16,831 bases of DNA from Nitrospirota bacterium (GCA_029858565.1 JAOUEV010000065.1:1-16831); one strand, 5' to 3'; positions 1 through 10,404 are shown, numbered from the stretch's first letter. Program-made: numbers and translations. The notes: generated from the sequence alone by a model not told the origin.

Positions 1-132
1 CCGGAAACAGCCGCATCGACGCGGAAACTGCCAAAAGCCGCGTAGATGCTATGTGAAAGATCAATAGGGCAATGCTGAAATCGTCGTAAAAATCGCGACG
101 AGCGGGTCAGCTCGCTCGAAACTCTAGTCTAT

Positions 133-160
133 ATAGTAACAGAAAAAAATAACCGCGCAA
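133..160 (-). promoter_or_regulatory. Putative divergent sigma70 promoter (leftward)
   Basis: Minus strand reads TTGCGC (160-155), 16-nt spacer, then extended -10 TG-t-TACTAT (hexamer 138-133). It points to a transcript leaving the window on the left. Confidence 0.4.
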
Positions 161-322
161 GGGCAACATTGTTCAAATATATGGCTAGCCGAGGCGGCAG
201 ACCGGGTGGAAAGGTTGACGCGGTTCTCCAGGGCGGTGCTGAACACCATATATTGTAGGTGCCGGGGAAGGTCTATCCATGCGATTGTATGCGGTTTTTT
301 ATGCTTCCCCGCGTGCAACCTC

Positions 323-352
323 TTGACTTTTCAGGGGTCATACCGGTATCAT
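323..352 (+). promoter_or_regulatory. sigma70 promoter of the tetR-efflux operon
   Basis: TTGACT (323-328), 18-nt spacer, TATCAT (347-352). Predicted +1 near 359-360, at the start of the operator palindrome. Confidence 0.65.
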
Positions 353-359
353 CAAATGT

Positions 360-381
360 AATGTAAGTACCTACTTACATT
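360..381. promoter_or_regulatory. TetR operator (perfect 10-2-10 inverted repeat)
   Basis: AATGTAAGTA-CC-TACTTACATT lies between the -10 box and the tetR ATG, the usual position for TetR-family autorepression. Confidence 0.8.
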
Positions 382-391
382 TTGACGACCC

Positions 392-1015
392 ATGAAAATA
401 ACCGCGACCAGACAGAAGATCCTCGATTCCGCCGTGCTCCTGGTGTCCGAAAAGGGCTATTTGGGAGCCACGACGCGCGAGATCGCGAAAAAGGCCGGGG
501 TGACCGAACTGACCTTGTTCCGCCATTTCGGGACCAAGGAGAAGCTCTTCGGATCTATCATGGGGAGCAACAGCTTCCTGCCGGCGCTCCGGGAGATATT
601 GCCGGACCTCGAAGAGATGTCCTATGCAGAGGCGCTTGAAATGCTCGGCACGCGATTCCTGCTTTCCCTTAAGGAACGGAAACCCTTTGTGAAGATCATG
701 CAGTCGGAGATGACCCGCTACCCGGCGGAGATGCGGCGCGTCTACGGCCACTTCATGGACGATATGCTCGGGACCCTGGCGCTCTATTTCGAATCGCTCC
801 AGCGAAAGGGCCAACTGCGGGACTTCTCGCCGACAATGGCGAGCAGGATGTTCATGGGCATGCTGTTCTCCTACTTCCGGACCGAGGAGATCATGCGCAA
901 TGTCGATATCACCCGGGGAAAACGGATGAACAAGGCGGTCGCTGAATTCGTGGATATCTTCGTGCACGGCACGCTGCCGAGAACGAACGGCACAGTGAGG
1001 CGGAAACGGTCATGA
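392..1015 (+). CDS. TetR/AcrR family transcriptional regulator
   Basis: 207 aa. N-terminal HTH '[43 protein letters not shown]'. Stop overlaps the next start (ATGA at 1012-1015). Confidence 0.95.
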   Translation: MKITATRQKILDSAVLLVSEKGYLGATTREIAKKAGVTELTLFRHFGTKEKLFGSIMGSNSFLPALREILPDLEEMSYAEALEMLGTRFLLSLKERKPFVKIMQSEMTRYPAEMRRVYGHFMDDMLGTLALYFESLQRKGQLRDFSPTMASRMFMGMLFSYFRTEEIMRNVDITRGKRMNKAVAEFVDIFVHGTLPRTNGTVRRKRS

Positions 1016-2397
1016 TAACGATACAACGAGAGCATGGTATTTTCCTGGCGGCGGCTATGTTTCTGCTGGCCCCTGTCGGCGGAGCAGGGGCGGAGGATGC
1101 TCCGCCGCCCGCTGCGGTGACCGCTCCGACCGCGACCGCGGGGACGGTCGAGGGAACGGTCTCAGCGCCGGTGTCCGCTCCGGCCGGGGCCGGTGAAGCA
1201 ATGACCGGCGGCAGGATGACCTTGGACCAGTGCGTTGCTACAGCGCTCAAGCGGAGCCCTTCCATCCGCGCCGCGGCCGGGGCCGTAAACGTGGGAAAGA
1301 GCAGGGTGGGGCAGGCCCGGTCCGCGTACTATCCCCAGGCCACGCTTTCCGGAGGCTACTCAAAATATTCCCTGGCCGCCGACCCGACGAACAGCGTCCA
1401 GGAGCAGTACACAGCCAGCGCCACGGTAACGCAGAACCTGTTCGATTTCGGCAGGACCTGGAACCAGGTCACGGTCCAGCAGAAGAACGCGGCCGCGGCC
1501 GGCGAGGACCTGCGGAACACGACCGCGACGATCGTGCTGAACGTGAAGCAGGCATACTACGGCCTCCTGCGCGCGGAAAAGAACCGGGACGTGCTGCGGG
1601 AGACCGTGCGGTCCTTTGAACAGCACCTGGAGCAGGCGAAAGGGTTCTTCGAGGCAGGGGTCAAGTCCAAGTTCGACGTGACCAAGGCCGAGGTGGACCT
1701 GAGCAACGCGAAGCTGAGCCTGATCCGCGCGGAGAACGCCTTCAGGATCGCGCGGGTGACCTTGAACAACGCCATGGGACTGTCCGACGCGCCCGAGTAC
1801 ACGATCGAGGATACGCTGGCATTCCAAAAGCGGACCATTGCCTTCGAAGAAGCCCGCGATCGGGCGTACGCGAACCGGCCGGACCTCCGGTCCCTGGCAG
1901 CCCGGCGGCAGGCCTCGGAAGCCGCGCTTTCCCTGGCGCGCTCGAACTACTATCCCACGGTCACGGGCAACGCGGCCTACACGCGCACCGAGGAGAACTT
2001 CCCGCCCGAACCGAGCGGGTGGAGCGCCGGCGTGACGCTGACGATCCCGCTCTTCAGCGGATTCCTGACGAACAGCCAGGTCCGGGAAGCGAAGGAGAAC
2101 CTCGTGATCGCCAGGGCGAACGAGGACGCGCTCAAACAGGGCGTGCTGCTCGAGGTCCAGCAGTCCTATCTCAACCTGCAGGAGGCGGAGGAGCGGGTGG
2201 CGGTTGCGGAACTGACGGTCAAGCAGGCCGAGGAGAACTACGCCATTGCCAAGGGAAGATACGAGGCGGGCGTGGGCAGCCCTATTGAAGAGGCCGACGC
2301 GCTCGTGGCCCTGAGCAATGCCAAGACCAATTACATCGCCGCTCTTGCCGATTACAAAGTAGCCGACGCGGCGCTCACGAAAGCGATGGGAGAGTAG
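1012..2397 (+). CDS. TolC-family outer membrane efflux protein
   Basis: 461 aa. Signal peptide, Pro/Ala/Thr-rich linker, two OEP repeats ('[15 protein letters not shown]', '[15 protein letters not shown]') and '[11 protein letters not shown]'. Confidence 0.93.
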   Translation: MITIQREHGIFLAAAMFLLAPVGGAGAEDAPPPAAVTAPTATAGTVEGTVSAPVSAPAGAGEAMTGGRMTLDQCVATALKRSPSIRAAAGAVNVGKSRVGQARSAYYPQATLSGGYSKYSLAADPTNSVQEQYTASATVTQNLFDFGRTWNQVTVQQKNAAAAGEDLRNTTATIVLNVKQAYYGLLRAEKNRDVLRETVRSFEQHLEQAKGFFEAGVKSKFDVTKAEVDLSNAKLSLIRAENAFRIARVTLNNAMGLSDAPEYTIEDTLAFQKRTIAFEEARDRAYANRPDLRSLAARRQASEAALSLARSNYYPTVTGNAAYTRTEENFPPEPSGWSAGVTLTIPLFSGFLTNSQVREAKENLVIARANEDALKQGVLLEVQQSYLNLQEAEERVAVAELTVKQAEENYAIAKGRYEAGVGSPIEEADALVALSNAKTNYIAALADYKVADAALTKAMGE

Positions 2398-2403
2398 AGA
2401 TCA

Positions 2404-3654
2404 ATGCGGAGTGATATGAATACAATGCGGAATGCGGAATGGGGAATGCGGAATCAGCAGGGAAAGACAATAAAAATCTTGCCGGTAGTCGTCCTGTCGG
2501 TTCTTGTCGTCATGTCCGCGCTGTCTGCCTGCTCCAAGGCAAAGCAGGCGCCGCCGAGGGTGGCGCCGGTTTTGGTGGAGACCGCGGACCGGAAGAACGT
2601 GCCGCTCCAGCTCAAGGCCATCGGGAATGTGGAGGCCTACAATACCGTGGCGGTCAAATCCCAGGTGAGCGGCGAGATCTCCGAGGTCTTTTTCCGCGAG
2701 GGCCAGGATGTGCGGGTAGGGACGCTTTTGTTCCGCATCGATCCGCGGCCTTTTGAATCAGTGCTCCGGCAGGCCGAGTCTGCCCTGGCCCGCGACCGCG
2801 CGCAGGCACGGAACGCGGCGGAGGAGTCGAAGCGCTACGAACAGCTTTCCCAGAAAGGCTTCGTGTCGCGGCAGGAGTATGACCGCGCCAGGACCAACGC
2901 CGACGCTCTCAACGCGGTCGTGCAGGTCGACGAGGCCGCGGTGGAGAACGCGCGGCTTCAGTTGGAGTACACCGCGATCATGTCCCCGATCACCGGAAGG
3001 ACCGGCGCGATCACAGTGCAGAAGGGGAATGTGGTGAAGGCGAACGATATTTCACTCGTGACGATCAACCAGGTCGCGCCGGTCTATGTAACCTTTTCCA
3101 TGCCAGAACAGGACCTTGCCGCGATCAGAAAGTACAAGTCAACCGGAGAACTGCATGTGGAAGCGGTTTTGTCCCCGGGGGCGAAGCCGATCAGCGGGAC
3201 GCTCACCTTCCTGGACAACAAGGTGAACACGGCGACAGGCACGATACTGCTCAAGGCGACCTTTCCGAACCAGGACCACGCGCTCTGGCCCGGCCAGTTC
3301 GTGGACGTGGTGTTGACGCTCACCACGGAAAAGGACCGCGTCGTTGTCCCGTCGCCGGCGATCCAGACCGGCCAACAGGGCCAGTTTCTCTTTGTGGTGA
3401 AAGAGGACATGACCGCGGAGATGCGGCCGGTGACCGTGGTCCGGACCTTCGACCGCTGGGCCGTTATCGACAAGGGCGTGCAACCCGGGGAGACCGTGGT
3501 GACCGACGGCCAGATCCGCATCGCGCCGGGCGCGAAGGTGGAGATCAAGAACGCGGAGCAGGAAACTGAAAAAGGGAAGGGTAACCACGGAGGCACGGAG
3601 ACACAGAGAAAGACGAAAGAGAATGAGCGAACACAGGCAGTGACGGGGAAGTAG
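2404..3654 (+). CDS. RND efflux periplasmic adaptor (MFP), MdtA-like lipoprotein
   Basis: Lipobox LSAC. Motifs 'AIGNVEAYNTVAVKSQVSG', 'EGQDVRVGTLLFRIDPRPF', 'SPITGRTG', 'LWPGQFV'. True start uncertain: several in-frame ATGs (2404, 2416, 2425, 2446), some inside a heptamer repeat. Confidence 0.92.
   Translation: MRSDMNTMRNAEWGMRNQQGKTIKILPVVVLSVLVVMSALSACSKAKQAPPRVAPVLVETADRKNVPLQLKAIGNVEAYNTVAVKSQVSGEISEVFFREGQDVRVGTLLFRIDPRPFESVLRQAESALARDRAQARNAAEESKRYEQLSQKGFVSRQEYDRARTNADALNAVVQVDEAAVENARLQLEYTAIMSPITGRTGAITVQKGNVVKANDISLVTINQVAPVYVTFSMPEQDLAAIRKYKSTGELHVEAVLSPGAKPISGTLTFLDNKVNTATGTILLKATFPNQDHALWPGQFVDVVLTLTTEKDRVVVPSPAIQTGQQGQFLFVVKEDMTAEMRPVTVVRTFDRWAVIDKGVQPGETVVTDGQIRIAPGAKVEIKNAEQETEKGKGNHGGTETQRKTKENERTQAVTGK
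2424..2454 (+). repeat. Heptamer tandem repeat (AATGCGG)n
   Basis: AATGCGG AATGCGG AATGGGG AATGCGG AAT, with an additional AATGCGG at 2403-2409. Confidence 0.85.
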
Positions 3655-3710
3655 GGACGGACTTCCAAGAAGGTTCGTTGCCGTTCTCCGTGTCTCTGTG
3701 TCTCTGTGGT
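3584..3710. repeat. 27-bp imperfect inverted repeat built from 8-nt units (CACRGAG core)
   Basis: Left arm 3584-3610 ACCACGGAGGCACGGAGACACAGAGAA; right arm 3684-3710 TTCTCCGTGTCTCTGTGTCTCTGTGGT. 23/27 Watson-Crick plus 3 G-U. Confidence 0.85.
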
Positions 3711-3724
3711 GAAGGTTTGTACCT

Positions 3725-6700
3725 ATGAACATTTCCGATATCTGGATACGCCGTCCTGTCATGACGACCCTCGTGATGCTCTCGATCCTCTTCGTGGGCG
3801 TGGCGGGCTATCGTCTGCTGCCGGTCTCGGCCCTTCCGAACGTGGACTTTCCGACCATCGTGGTGACCGCGAATGTACCGGGTGCTTCACCGGAAACCAT
3901 GGCGTCCGCCGTGGCGACTCCGTTGGAGAAGCAGTTCTCCACCATCGCGGGCATCGACACCATGACCTCGTCGAACACCCAGGGGATCACCTCGATCACC
4001 ATCGTGTTCAGCCTCTCCCGTGATATCGACGCCGCGGCCCAGGATGTGCAGTCGGCCATCGCCGCGGCCCAGCGAAATTTGCCGCAGGACATGCCTTCGC
4101 CGCCGTCATACCGCAAGGTGAACCCCGCCGATGATCCCGTTCTTTATCTCGCGCTCAGCTCTCCCACCTTGCCCTTGTCCCAGGTTGACGAATATGCCCA
4201 GACACTCCTTGCCCAGCGGATCTCCATGGTCAATGGCGTGGCGCAGGTGCAGGTGTTCGGGTCCCAGAAGTATGCGGTCCGGATCCGCCTCAATCCCCGG
4301 GCGCTCGCCTCGCGCGGCGTGGGGATCGACGAGGTTGCATCGGCGGTGCAGAAGGCGAACGTGAACCTTCCGACCGGCACGCTCTCGGGCGCCAGCCAGA
4401 TGTTCACCATTCAATCGAGCGGCCAGCTCATGAAGGCGGCGGACTACCGTCCGCTGATCGTGGCCTACCGCAGCGGTTCTCCGCTCCGGCTCCAGGACCT
4501 GGGCACGGTGATCGACAGCGTGGAGAACGACAAGATCGCGAGCTGGTACCGGGACACGCGGGCGATCGTGCTGGCCATTCAGCGCCAGCCGGGCACGAAT
4601 ACCGTGGCCGTGGTGGAATCCATCAAGAAACTGCTGCCGAGGTTCCGGGACCAGATGCCGGGATCGGTGAACCTCGATGTGCTCTTCGACCGGTCCATAT
4701 CGATCCGCGAATCGGTGGACGACGTGCAGTTCACGCTTGTGCTCACGGTCTGCCTCGTTGTCCTGGTGATCTTCCTGTTCCTGCGCAACCTTTCCGCCAC
4801 GGTGATCCCGAGCCTTGCGCTGCCCATGTCCATCATGGGCACCTTTGCGGTGATGTACGTAATGGGCTTCAGCATGAACAACCTGACGCTCATGGCGCTC
4901 ACGCTTTCCGTGGGTTTCGTGGTTGACGACGCCATCGTGATGCTCGAGAACATCATGCGCCACGTGGAGATGGGCGAAGGGGTGATGGAGGCCGCATTCA
5001 AAGGGTCCCGGGAGATCGGCTTTACCATCCTGTCCATGACCATCTCGCTCGTCGCTGTCTTCATCCCCGTGTTCTTCATGGCCGATATCATCGGCAGGCT
5101 GCTGCACGAGTTCGCCATCACGATCGGCGCATCGATCCTGATATCGGGTTTCGTGTCGCTGACGCTGACGCCCATGCTCGCATCGCGGTTCGTCAAGCCT
5201 CACGGCAGGGAACAGCACGGCAGGCTGTACAAGGCGTCGGAGCGGGTCTTCGACGCGATGCTCCAGTTCTATGAGCGGACCCTCGGGATCGTGTTCCATC
5301 ACCGGCTGATCACGATCATCGCGTCCCTCGTGCTGCTGGTCCTGACCGTGGTGCTGTTCATGATCATGCCCGGCGGGTTCCTTCCCAATGAGGACATGGG
5401 CCAGCTCTTCATCGCCACGGAAGCTGCCCAGGGGAGTTCCTTCGAATCCATGAAGGAGCGGCAGCTGAAGGTGGCGGAGATCGCGCTGAATGATCCGAAC
5501 ATTGAAGGCTTCATGTCCGCGATCGGCGCCGGCGGATCCAGTTCATCGTCGAACCAGGGCCGCATTTTCGCCCGGCTCAAGCCGCGGCATGAACGGGTGC
5601 ACGTCGAGAAGGTGGTCCAGGCGCTCCGGCCCAAGCTCGCGCAGGTGCCGGGTATTGTGGCCTATCCGCAGGTCCCCCCGCCGATCCGACTGAGCGGCAC
5701 CCTTTCCAAGAGCCCCTATCAGCTCACGCTCCAGAGCCCGGACATGGATGAGCTCTATGGCAGCGCGCAGAAGCTCGAAGCAGCGCTGCGCGAACTGCCG
5801 ATGCTGCAGGGCGTGACCAGCGACCTCCAGATAAAGAATCCCGAGGTGCGTGTGGAGATCGACCGCGATCGAGCCTCGGCGCTGGGCATCTCGGCGGCGC
5901 AGGTCGAGAGCGCGCTCCAGACAGCATACAGCGATCAGCAGGTCTCCACGATCTATGCGCCGAACAACCAATACCGCGTCATCATGCAGCTGGAGCCGGA
6001 GTACCAGCGCGATCCCGCGGCGCTCTCCTTGCTCTATCTCCGGTCGTCGTCCAACCAGCTCGTGCCGCTCCGGAGCGTGTCCAGGCTTTCCCAGGGATTC
6101 GGCCCCCTGTCGGTGAACCACCTGGGCCAGCTCCCGGCAGTCACGGTTTCCTTTGATACGAAGGCGGGAGTTTCGCTCAGTACCGCGGTGGACGCAGTGA
6201 AGAAGAAAGCGGCGGAAGTGCTGCCCGGGACGGTTTCTACGAGCTTCCAGGGGACCGCCCAGGCTTTCCAGAAATCGACCCAGGGCCTGGGGCTCCTGCT
6301 GCTCGGCGCGACTCTCGTGATCTATATCGTGCTCGGTATCCTGTACGAGAGCTTCATCCATCCGATCACGATCCTTTCAGCCCTGCCTTTTGCCGGGTTC
6401 GGAGCGCTGGTAACCCTGCTCCTGACCGGAAACGATCTCAATGTCTATGCATTCGTGGGCGTCATTCTGCTCGTGGGCTTGGTGAAGAAGAACGGCATCA
6501 TGATGATCGACTTCGCGCTGGAAGCGCAGAGGGCCGAAGGCCTCGACCCCGAAAAGGCGATCTTCAAGGCCAGCATCGTCCGGTTCCGGCCGATCATGAT
6601 GACCACCATGGCCGCGCTCCTGGGCACGCTGCCGATCGCGCTCGGTTTCGGAGCGGGCGCCGAGGCGCGGAGACCGCTCGGTCTTGCTGTGGTCGGAGGC

Positions 6701-6877
6701 CTGCTGTTCTCCCAGACCCTTACGCTGTACGTGACGCCGGTGGTGTATATTTACATGGACAGCTTCCAGCACTGGATCTCCGGCAAGGGATGGTTCCATC
6801 CCATGAAACGGCGTGAAGGGAAGAGGCGTGATGCCGAGGAATTGCATAAGGAGTTGGAAAGAGAGATTAATGTCTGA
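3725..6877 (+). CDS. RND family efflux transporter permease, MdtB/MdtC-like (HAE1)
   Basis: 1050 aa. Motifs 'IRRPVMTTL', 'LPVSALPNVDFPTI', TM4 'GFVVDDAIVMLEN', 'GLVKKNGIMMIDFA' and 'RFRPIMMTTMAA'; the proton-relay residues are intact. Confidence 0.95.
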   Translation: MNISDIWIRRPVMTTLVMLSILFVGVAGYRLLPVSALPNVDFPTIVVTANVPGASPETMASAVATPLEKQFSTIAGIDTMTSSNTQGITSITIVFSLSRDIDAAAQDVQSAIAAAQRNLPQDMPSPPSYRKVNPADDPVLYLALSSPTLPLSQVDEYAQTLLAQRISMVNGVAQVQVFGSQKYAVRIRLNPRALASRGVGIDEVASAVQKANVNLPTGTLSGASQMFTIQSSGQLMKAADYRPLIVAYRSGSPLRLQDLGTVIDSVENDKIASWYRDTRAIVLAIQRQPGTNTVAVVESIKKLLPRFRDQMPGSVNLDVLFDRSISIRESVDDVQFTLVLTVCLVVLVIFLFLRNLSATVIPSLALPMSIMGTFAVMYVMGFSMNNLTLMALTLSVGFVVDDAIVMLENIMRHVEMGEGVMEAAFKGSREIGFTILSMTISLVAVFIPVFFMADIIGRLLHEFAITIGASILISGFVSLTLTPMLASRFVKPHGREQHGRLYKASERVFDAMLQFYERTLGIVFHHRLITIIASLVLLVLTVVLFMIMPGGFLPNEDMGQLFIATEAAQGSSFESMKERQLKVAEIALNDPNIEGFMSAIGAGGSSSSSNQGRIFARLKPRHERVHVEKVVQALRPKLAQVPGIVAYPQVPPPIRLSGTLSKSPYQLTLQSPDMDELYGSAQKLEAALRELPMLQGVTSDLQIKNPEVRVEIDRDRASALGISAAQVESALQTAYSDQQVSTIYAPNNQYRVIMQLEPEYQRDPAALSLLYLRSSSNQLVPLRSVSRLSQGFGPLSVNHLGQLPAVTVSFDTKAGVSLSTAVDAVKKKAAEVLPGTVSTSFQGTAQAFQKSTQGLGLLLLGATLVIYIVLGILYESFIHPITILSALPFAGFGALVTLLLTGNDLNVYAFVGVILLVGLVKKNGIMMIDFALEAQRAEGLDPEKAIFKASIVRFRPIMMTTMAALLGTLPIALGFGAGAEARRPLGLAVVGGLLFSQTLTLYVTPVVYIYMDSFQHWISGKGWFHPMKRREGKRRDAEELHKELEREINV

Positions 6878-6922
6878 AAAACAATACGAAGAAGAATCAG
6901 AACAAGGAAGCAACGAATCTTA

Positions 6923-7014
6923 TCTCGCGCAAAGCCGCAAAGGCGCAAAGGAAGTCAAAGCCAGGAGTTGACCGGGTCTTTCTTTCCTTTTCAGCTTGGC
7001 GGCTTTGCGCGAGA
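6923..7014. repeat. 20-bp inverted repeat built from (S)CGCAAAG octamers
   Basis: Left arm 6923-6942 TCTCGCGCAAAGCCGCAAAG, with a third unit GCGCAAAG to 6950; right arm 6995-7014 CTTGGCGGCTTTGCGCGAGA. 19/20 complementary. Confidence 0.85.
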
Positions 7015-7051
7015 CGCATTTTTGTTTCGACATGGCTGTCCCGGGTAGAAT

Positions 7052-8218
7052 ATGAGCATTATGAATAAACGAAACGATAATATTCGCACCTCGCCCGCCT
7101 TGACCGCGGGAATCTTCCTCCTCGCACTGGTTGCCGCGAGCTGCGGCAAGGACGGCGTAGAGTACCGCACCGAGCCGGTTACCAGGGGCGATATCCGGGA
7201 GACCGTTACTGCTACCGGGACCGTGAATCCCGTGACGACCGTGCAGGTGGGGACCCAGGTCTCGGGCACGATCAAGGATATCTTTGTTGATTTCAACTCC
7301 CTGGTCAGGAAAGGTCAGCTGATAGCGCAGATCGACCCGGCCTTTTTCGAGACCCAGCTGGCACAGTCGCGGGCCAACGCGGACCGGGCGCTGGCCGCGC
7401 TCCGGGACGCCGAGCGGGTGCTGAACCAGAACAAGGCGCTCTATCCCAAACACCTGATCGCCAAGAACGACTACGATGCCTCGGTCACGGCCCAGGAGAG
7501 CGCCGCGGCCCAGGTCGCCCAGGCCCTTGCCGCGCTCAAGGCTGCGGAGACGAACCTGAGCTACACCAAGATCTTTTCCCCGGTCGACGGCGTGGTGATC
7601 TCGCGGAACGTTGACGTGGGCCAGACCGTTGCCGCGAGCTTCCAGACGCCCACGCTGTTCACGATCGCCCAGGACCTGACAAAGATGCAGATCAACACGA
7701 ACGTTGCCGAGTCGGACATCGGACGCGTGCAGGTCGGCCAGGCAGTGGAGTTCATTGTGGACGCATATCCGGACACCAACTTCAAGGGAAGCGTGCGGCA
7801 GGTCCGGCGGGCGCCCATTACGGTCCAGAACGTGGTCACCTACGATGTGGTTGTGCAGGTCCCCAATCCCGGCATGAAGCTCATGCCCGGCATGACCGCG
7901 AACGTCGCCATCGTGATCACGACCAAGGATGAGGTGCTTCGCATCCCGAACTCGGCCCTGCGGTTCCGGCCTGAACGGTCCGCAGACCAGGCCGCGGCAA
8001 AGCCAAAGGCAGCAGCGGAGAAAAAAGGTCCCGCGGGACCGTCGGTCTGGGTGCAGGAGAACAACAAGCCAAAGCGCGTGGCCGTTACCACGGGCATCAG
8101 CGACGGGATCTGGACCGAGGTCGTCAGCGGCGAACTGAAGGAAGATCAGCAGGTGATCGTCGAGACGGTCAAGAAGAACAAGGGCGCGTCGCAGTCCGGC
8201 CCGCCAAGGATGTTCTGA
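7052..8218 (+). CDS. MacA-like periplasmic adaptor (MFP) of an ABC exporter
   Basis: 388 aa. Lipobox-like 'VAASC', 'VTATGTVNPVTTVQVGTQVSG', 'VDFNS-VRKGQLIAQID', 'GQTVAASFQTPTLF', 'LMPGMTA'. Start could be 7052 or 7061. Confidence 0.92.
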   Translation: MSIMNKRNDNIRTSPALTAGIFLLALVAASCGKDGVEYRTEPVTRGDIRETVTATGTVNPVTTVQVGTQVSGTIKDIFVDFNSLVRKGQLIAQIDPAFFETQLAQSRANADRALAALRDAERVLNQNKALYPKHLIAKNDYDASVTAQESAAAQVAQALAALKAAETNLSYTKIFSPVDGVVISRNVDVGQTVAASFQTPTLFTIAQDLTKMQINTNVAESDIGRVQVGQAVEFIVDAYPDTNFKGSVRQVRRAPITVQNVVTYDVVVQVPNPGMKLMPGMTANVAIVITTKDEVLRIPNSALRFRPERSADQAAAKPKAAAEKKGPAGPSVWVQENNKPKRVAVTTGISDGIWTEVVSGELKEDQQVIVETVKKNKGASQSGPPRMF

Positions 8219-8910
8219 TGTCCCTCATTCAGGCACAGAATATCACCAGGATCTACTCGCTCGGCGACGTGGAGCTCAGGGCGCTCGGCGGCGTGACGGT
8301 CACCATTGACCGCGGCGAGTTCGTGGCTGTCATGGGGCCGTCGGGTTCCGGAAAGTCCACGTTCATGAACATCCTGGGCTGCCTGGACAAACCCACGGAA
8401 GGCCGCTACCTTGTCGAGGGCATTGACATCGGCGGCCTTTCCCGTGATGACCTCGCGGAGATCAGGAACAACAAGCTTGGCTTCGTGTTCCAGGGATTCA
8501 ACCTGCTCTCGCGCACCTCGGCGCTCGAGAACGTGGAGCTGCCGATGCTGTACAACGGCCATGCCGCGCGGGAGCGGCACGACCGGGCCCGGGAAGCGCT
8601 CCGGTCCGTAGGTCTTGCGGGACGGGAAGACCACCACCCCAATCAGCTTTCCGGCGGACAGCAGCAGCGCGTCGCGATCGCCCGTGCGCTGGTGAACCGT
8701 GCGCCGATCATCCTTGCCGACGAACCAACCGGGAACCTCGATACAAAGACCAGCCGGGAGATCATGGAGCTCTTGGTCCGCCTGAACAGCGATTCAGGCA
8801 TTACGATCATCCTGGTGACCCATGAGCACGACATCGCGGCCTACAGCAGACGGATCATCCGGTTCAAGGACGGGGTTGTTGTCAGCGACGAGCTGACGCA
8901 AAAGGATTAA
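8218..8910 (+). CDS. ABC transporter ATP-binding protein (MacB/LolD-like NBD)
   Basis: Walker A GPSGSGKST, signature LSGGQQQRV, Walker B ILADEPTGNLD, H-loop VTHE. Translationally coupled to the MFP gene (TGATG). Confidence 0.96.
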   Translation: MSLIQAQNITRIYSLGDVELRALGGVTVTIDRGEFVAVMGPSGSGKSTFMNILGCLDKPTEGRYLVEGIDIGGLSRDDLAEIRNNKLGFVFQGFNLLSRTSALENVELPMLYNGHAARERHDRAREALRSVGLAGREDHHPNQLSGGQQQRVAIARALVNRAPIILADEPTGNLDTKTSREIMELLVRLNSDSGITIILVTHEHDIAAYSRRIIRFKDGVVVSDELTQKD

Positions 8911-8990
8911 AATGTCGAACAAGGATTAGGAGGAGTAAGGATTAATACTCTAAACCTTTGATCCTGTAATCCTGTATTTCAGTAATCCTG
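8902..8990. repeat. AGGATTA / TAATCCT inverted repeat cluster
   Basis: AGGATTA at 8903, 8922 and 8938, AGGAGTA at 8931; the opposing units are TGATCCTG-TAATCCTG (8959-8974) and TAATCCTG (8983-8990). Confidence 0.65.
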
Positions 8991-8998
8991 GAGTTAGT

Positions 8999-10228
<1,230 letters not shown>

Positions 10229-10251
10229 GTATCTTCTTCAGGACAAACCGC

Positions 10252-10280
10252 TTGCTTCGCAGGTACCCTTCCGTTATTAT
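10252..10280 (+). promoter_or_regulatory. Putative sigma70 promoter for the radical SAM-pgeF-yggS cluster
   Basis: TTGCTT (10252-10257), 17-nt spacer, TATTAT (10275-10280). Confidence 0.45.
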
Positions 10281-10314
10281 TCCTCAGCACTAAAGACGAA
10301 AGCAAAATATTGGA

Positions 10315-10404
10315 ACTGCGAAGGCGCGAGGGTCTCGAGGAAGGCCTAAATTGAACTTAAGAATATGGCAGTTGACGTCCTCGCGCCCTTTGCGTCTTTG
10401 CGGT
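10315..10404. repeat. 27-bp imperfect inverted repeat built from CGCRARG units
   Basis: Left arm 10315-10341 ACTGCGAAGGCGCGAGGGTCTCGAGGA; right arm 10378-10404 TCCTCGCGCCCTTTGCGTCTTTGCGGT. 20/27 Watson-Crick, 5 G-U, 2 mismatches. Confidence 0.8.

Noticed and set aside
124-318. 64-aa minus-strand ORF in the promoter region
   Set aside because: It has no homology cues and overlaps predicted promoter elements, so it is probably non-coding.
1095-1200. Pro/Ala/Thr-rich low-complexity stretch in the OMF N-terminus
   Set aside because: It is an ordinary flexible linker after the signal peptide, not a separate element.
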